From assembly GCA_004764695.1 (NCBI GenBank), contig SMSO01000031.1:8414761-8478760 (forward strand): a DNA stretch of 64,000 bases, in the 5' to 3' direction. The stretch is from Schizochytrium sp. TIO01. Its lineage: Eukaryota > Protista > Bigyra: Labyrinthulomycetes. Each line of letters starts with the position of its first letter. The stretch's first letter is position 1. Position numbers and translations under genes: made by a program. Below, one piece after another: positions 62,113-64,000 of the stretch. The notes under the pieces are model-generated. The model was not told the DNA's origin. It did no database searches and saw nothing but the letters and a program-made list of their open reading frames with translations.

Positions 62113-62522
62113 TTGCTGAAAGATCATTCTGGTCAGCTTGAGGTTGACTGTAAAGATGTAGGCAAGGGTCTTGATGAAGGCTTTAAGAAGGTCGATTTGC
62201 GAGTTAGCGAACTGCTGTCTTGGAGAATGAATTCCAGGACAGATGGATCCATGTAGTAATTAAGGAGGTTAAGACATTCTTGAAAGGTGTTAGAGATAAT
62301 CGATGGGGTTAGGTTAATTCAGTCTCTTCAACCATCGATCCAAGTTACACCATCCTTGGTGTAAAATTAAACTTTAAACTCTTGACTCTGGCAGCCACAC
62401 GACTCTGGCTGCCTACTCTTGCTCTATTATAATCCTTATGTCAGTGAGGGTTTCACAAAGGGACGCCAAGAGCTCTAGTAATGGCTTGTCCACTAGTTTC
62501 TTCCATTGGAGATCTCAGCATG
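62113..62522 (+). repeat. Copy 2 of a ~410-420-nt direct repeat with conserved RNA structure
   Basis: Aligns to 58347-58766; its two ends pair with each other. Confidence 0.9.
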
Positions 62523-64000
62523 ATTACTATTGCTTAGATCTCTTATCGGCTGATCTAGCGGAAAAGAGATTGCCAAAAACCATCTTTAGTAAAAATAAGA
62601 ATGCCGGTAGCCCTCCTCTTATAGATTAGTGTATGTCATAATATATGATGAACTAGTTGCGAGTGGAATAGGACTGGGCGACGATAAAGCCGTGTTTGAT
62701 AAGAAGATGAAAAATGATACTTGTACATGTATCTTACTAACTGCTACCAATCATTTTAAAGGCGAAGTTGGACATGCATCACTCGATAGGTTCTTGTGCT
62801 TATATGTATTAGTTGGATTTTACCTCCATAATCCTTTCATCTACAAAGAGCTGTTCCCAGATCAACACAGCAAGGGAGTTCTACAATGGCACAGTGGTAA
62901 AATGGTTGATAAGGAAACAGAGCTTAGCCTTCGTCGAGGCTATTGGAACCTATAGCTTCGACTTCAAGAAGAACTTCAAGGCGCCCTGCTTGTATGCTTG
63001 TTCGAATCAAATGCCAGAAAGCAAAGCATAAGAGCTGTTAACTTTTAAACACTTCATTCTCAGTAGGCAATGCCAGGACTGAGAAGGAAAACAGAAACAA
63101 CATTACGGCAAGCCTTTGCAAGGCTTAAGGGAACACCTTTGTGACACAACTAGTATGATGCCTGATGCTTGACGCTACTGACACGATAACTGATGATGCT
63201 TGACACCATGGCATGATGTTTGTTCAAAGTATACTAGGGAACGAAGGAAACAAAGCTAGTGTCGAGAGGAGTTGCAAAGCAAAATCCGACAGCGAATTCA
63301 ACCGACCCAAACCGATTCAACAAGGCCTCTAATTATCCAAGACAAGTATCAACCCTAGCCTCAATACCAACTAAGCACAACTATCTCCGACATTTCCTCA
63401 ATCACCTCTAAGCAATCATAACCACGTTTCATAGCTTATTATGAACAAACAAAGTCATAATCTGTACCTCCACCTTGCGCACAAGAAGGGCTTTATTTAT
63501 TTGCTGAACAGTGTCAGTTAAAGGCTGCGGGGAGAAGAAAGTACATGTGGGTATCTCAAGAATACGAGTCGGTACACTGGAGAGACACAGTGCTTCTTCT
63601 CTACTCGGCCCCAAAAGGCGAGTCAGTTGAGCAGGAGGTTTATGATTCAACAACCGTCCAAGTCTTGGGTCAGGCAAATGTCTATCGGAAGGCATCAGAA
63701 CACGGGCTTCTCTCTTTGTAAAGACACCTAACCTGTTTCTGCTCAATACTGGGCTCTTGCACGAAGAAAAGAGGAGTTTTGCCCAACGATTTATTTGCAA
63801 AATAGGTTACAACGGTATCTAAACATTGGAATGGCCCTCGATTCGTAAGCAATAGCACATGCAGGGTACCAACGTCAGTCTTAAATGGCATAAGCAGACC
63901 CGTTGGCCTGTTATGATATGTTCATACCTCTGCACTCCTCGCGAAACACGGTCGGGGGAGATGTCCCGATTTCGGAGGTGCCCCTGATATTTTCGTAACT

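Larger units (their letters stand above)
56000..63100 (+). ncRNA. Candidate ~7-kb structured non-coding RNA region (possibly several units)
   Basis: Continuous nested helices, e.g. 56085-56093/56128-56136, 57466-57474/57502-57510, 57580-57591/57600-57611, 57929-57936/58160-58167, 60780-60788/60840-60848 and 61093-61100/61293-61300. No credible CDS. Confidence 0.5.

Noticed and set aside
58347-62522. LTR retrotransposon or hammerhead retrozyme interpretation of the direct repeats
   Set aside because: No target-site duplication, PBS/PPT or gag/pol remnant was seen. The TTGATGA-stem lacks the CUGANGA and GAAA hammerhead core.

Overview
Eukaryotic nuclear DNA with few introns, probably from a thraustochytrid/labyrinthulomycete stramenopile (inferred from gene style, promoter motifs and gene families, not verified). 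It carries about 12 protein genes: a low-complexity putative regulator, a GNL1-type circularly permuted GTPase, a TMEM70-like protein, an AP2-domain protein, a flavin monooxygenase, a sphingosine/diacylglycerol kinase, a family III CoA-transferase, spliced RPS9, a spliced SERP1/RAMP4-like gene, a LOA1/Vps66-like acyltransferase, an AGC-type pseudokinase and a HET/TIR-like-TPR protein. There is also a broken MDR oxidoreductase, nine intron-containing tRNA-Pro(AGG) genes in three clusters with a fixed ~213-bp period, and several microsatellites. The main unexplained signal is that nearly every long ORF-less interval is dense in nested, G-U-tolerant helices that read best on the + strand (about 0-5, 20-21.4, 24.6-27, 28.2-29.2, 38.2-39.2, 40.7-42.6, 43.8-48.5, 52.4-54.5 and 56-63 kb). 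One ~410-nt module occurs twice and shows compensatory base changes and a terminal closing stem. I interpret this as a candidate system of large, modular structured non-coding RNAs. The helices were found by eye and need folding statistics and RNA data to confirm.
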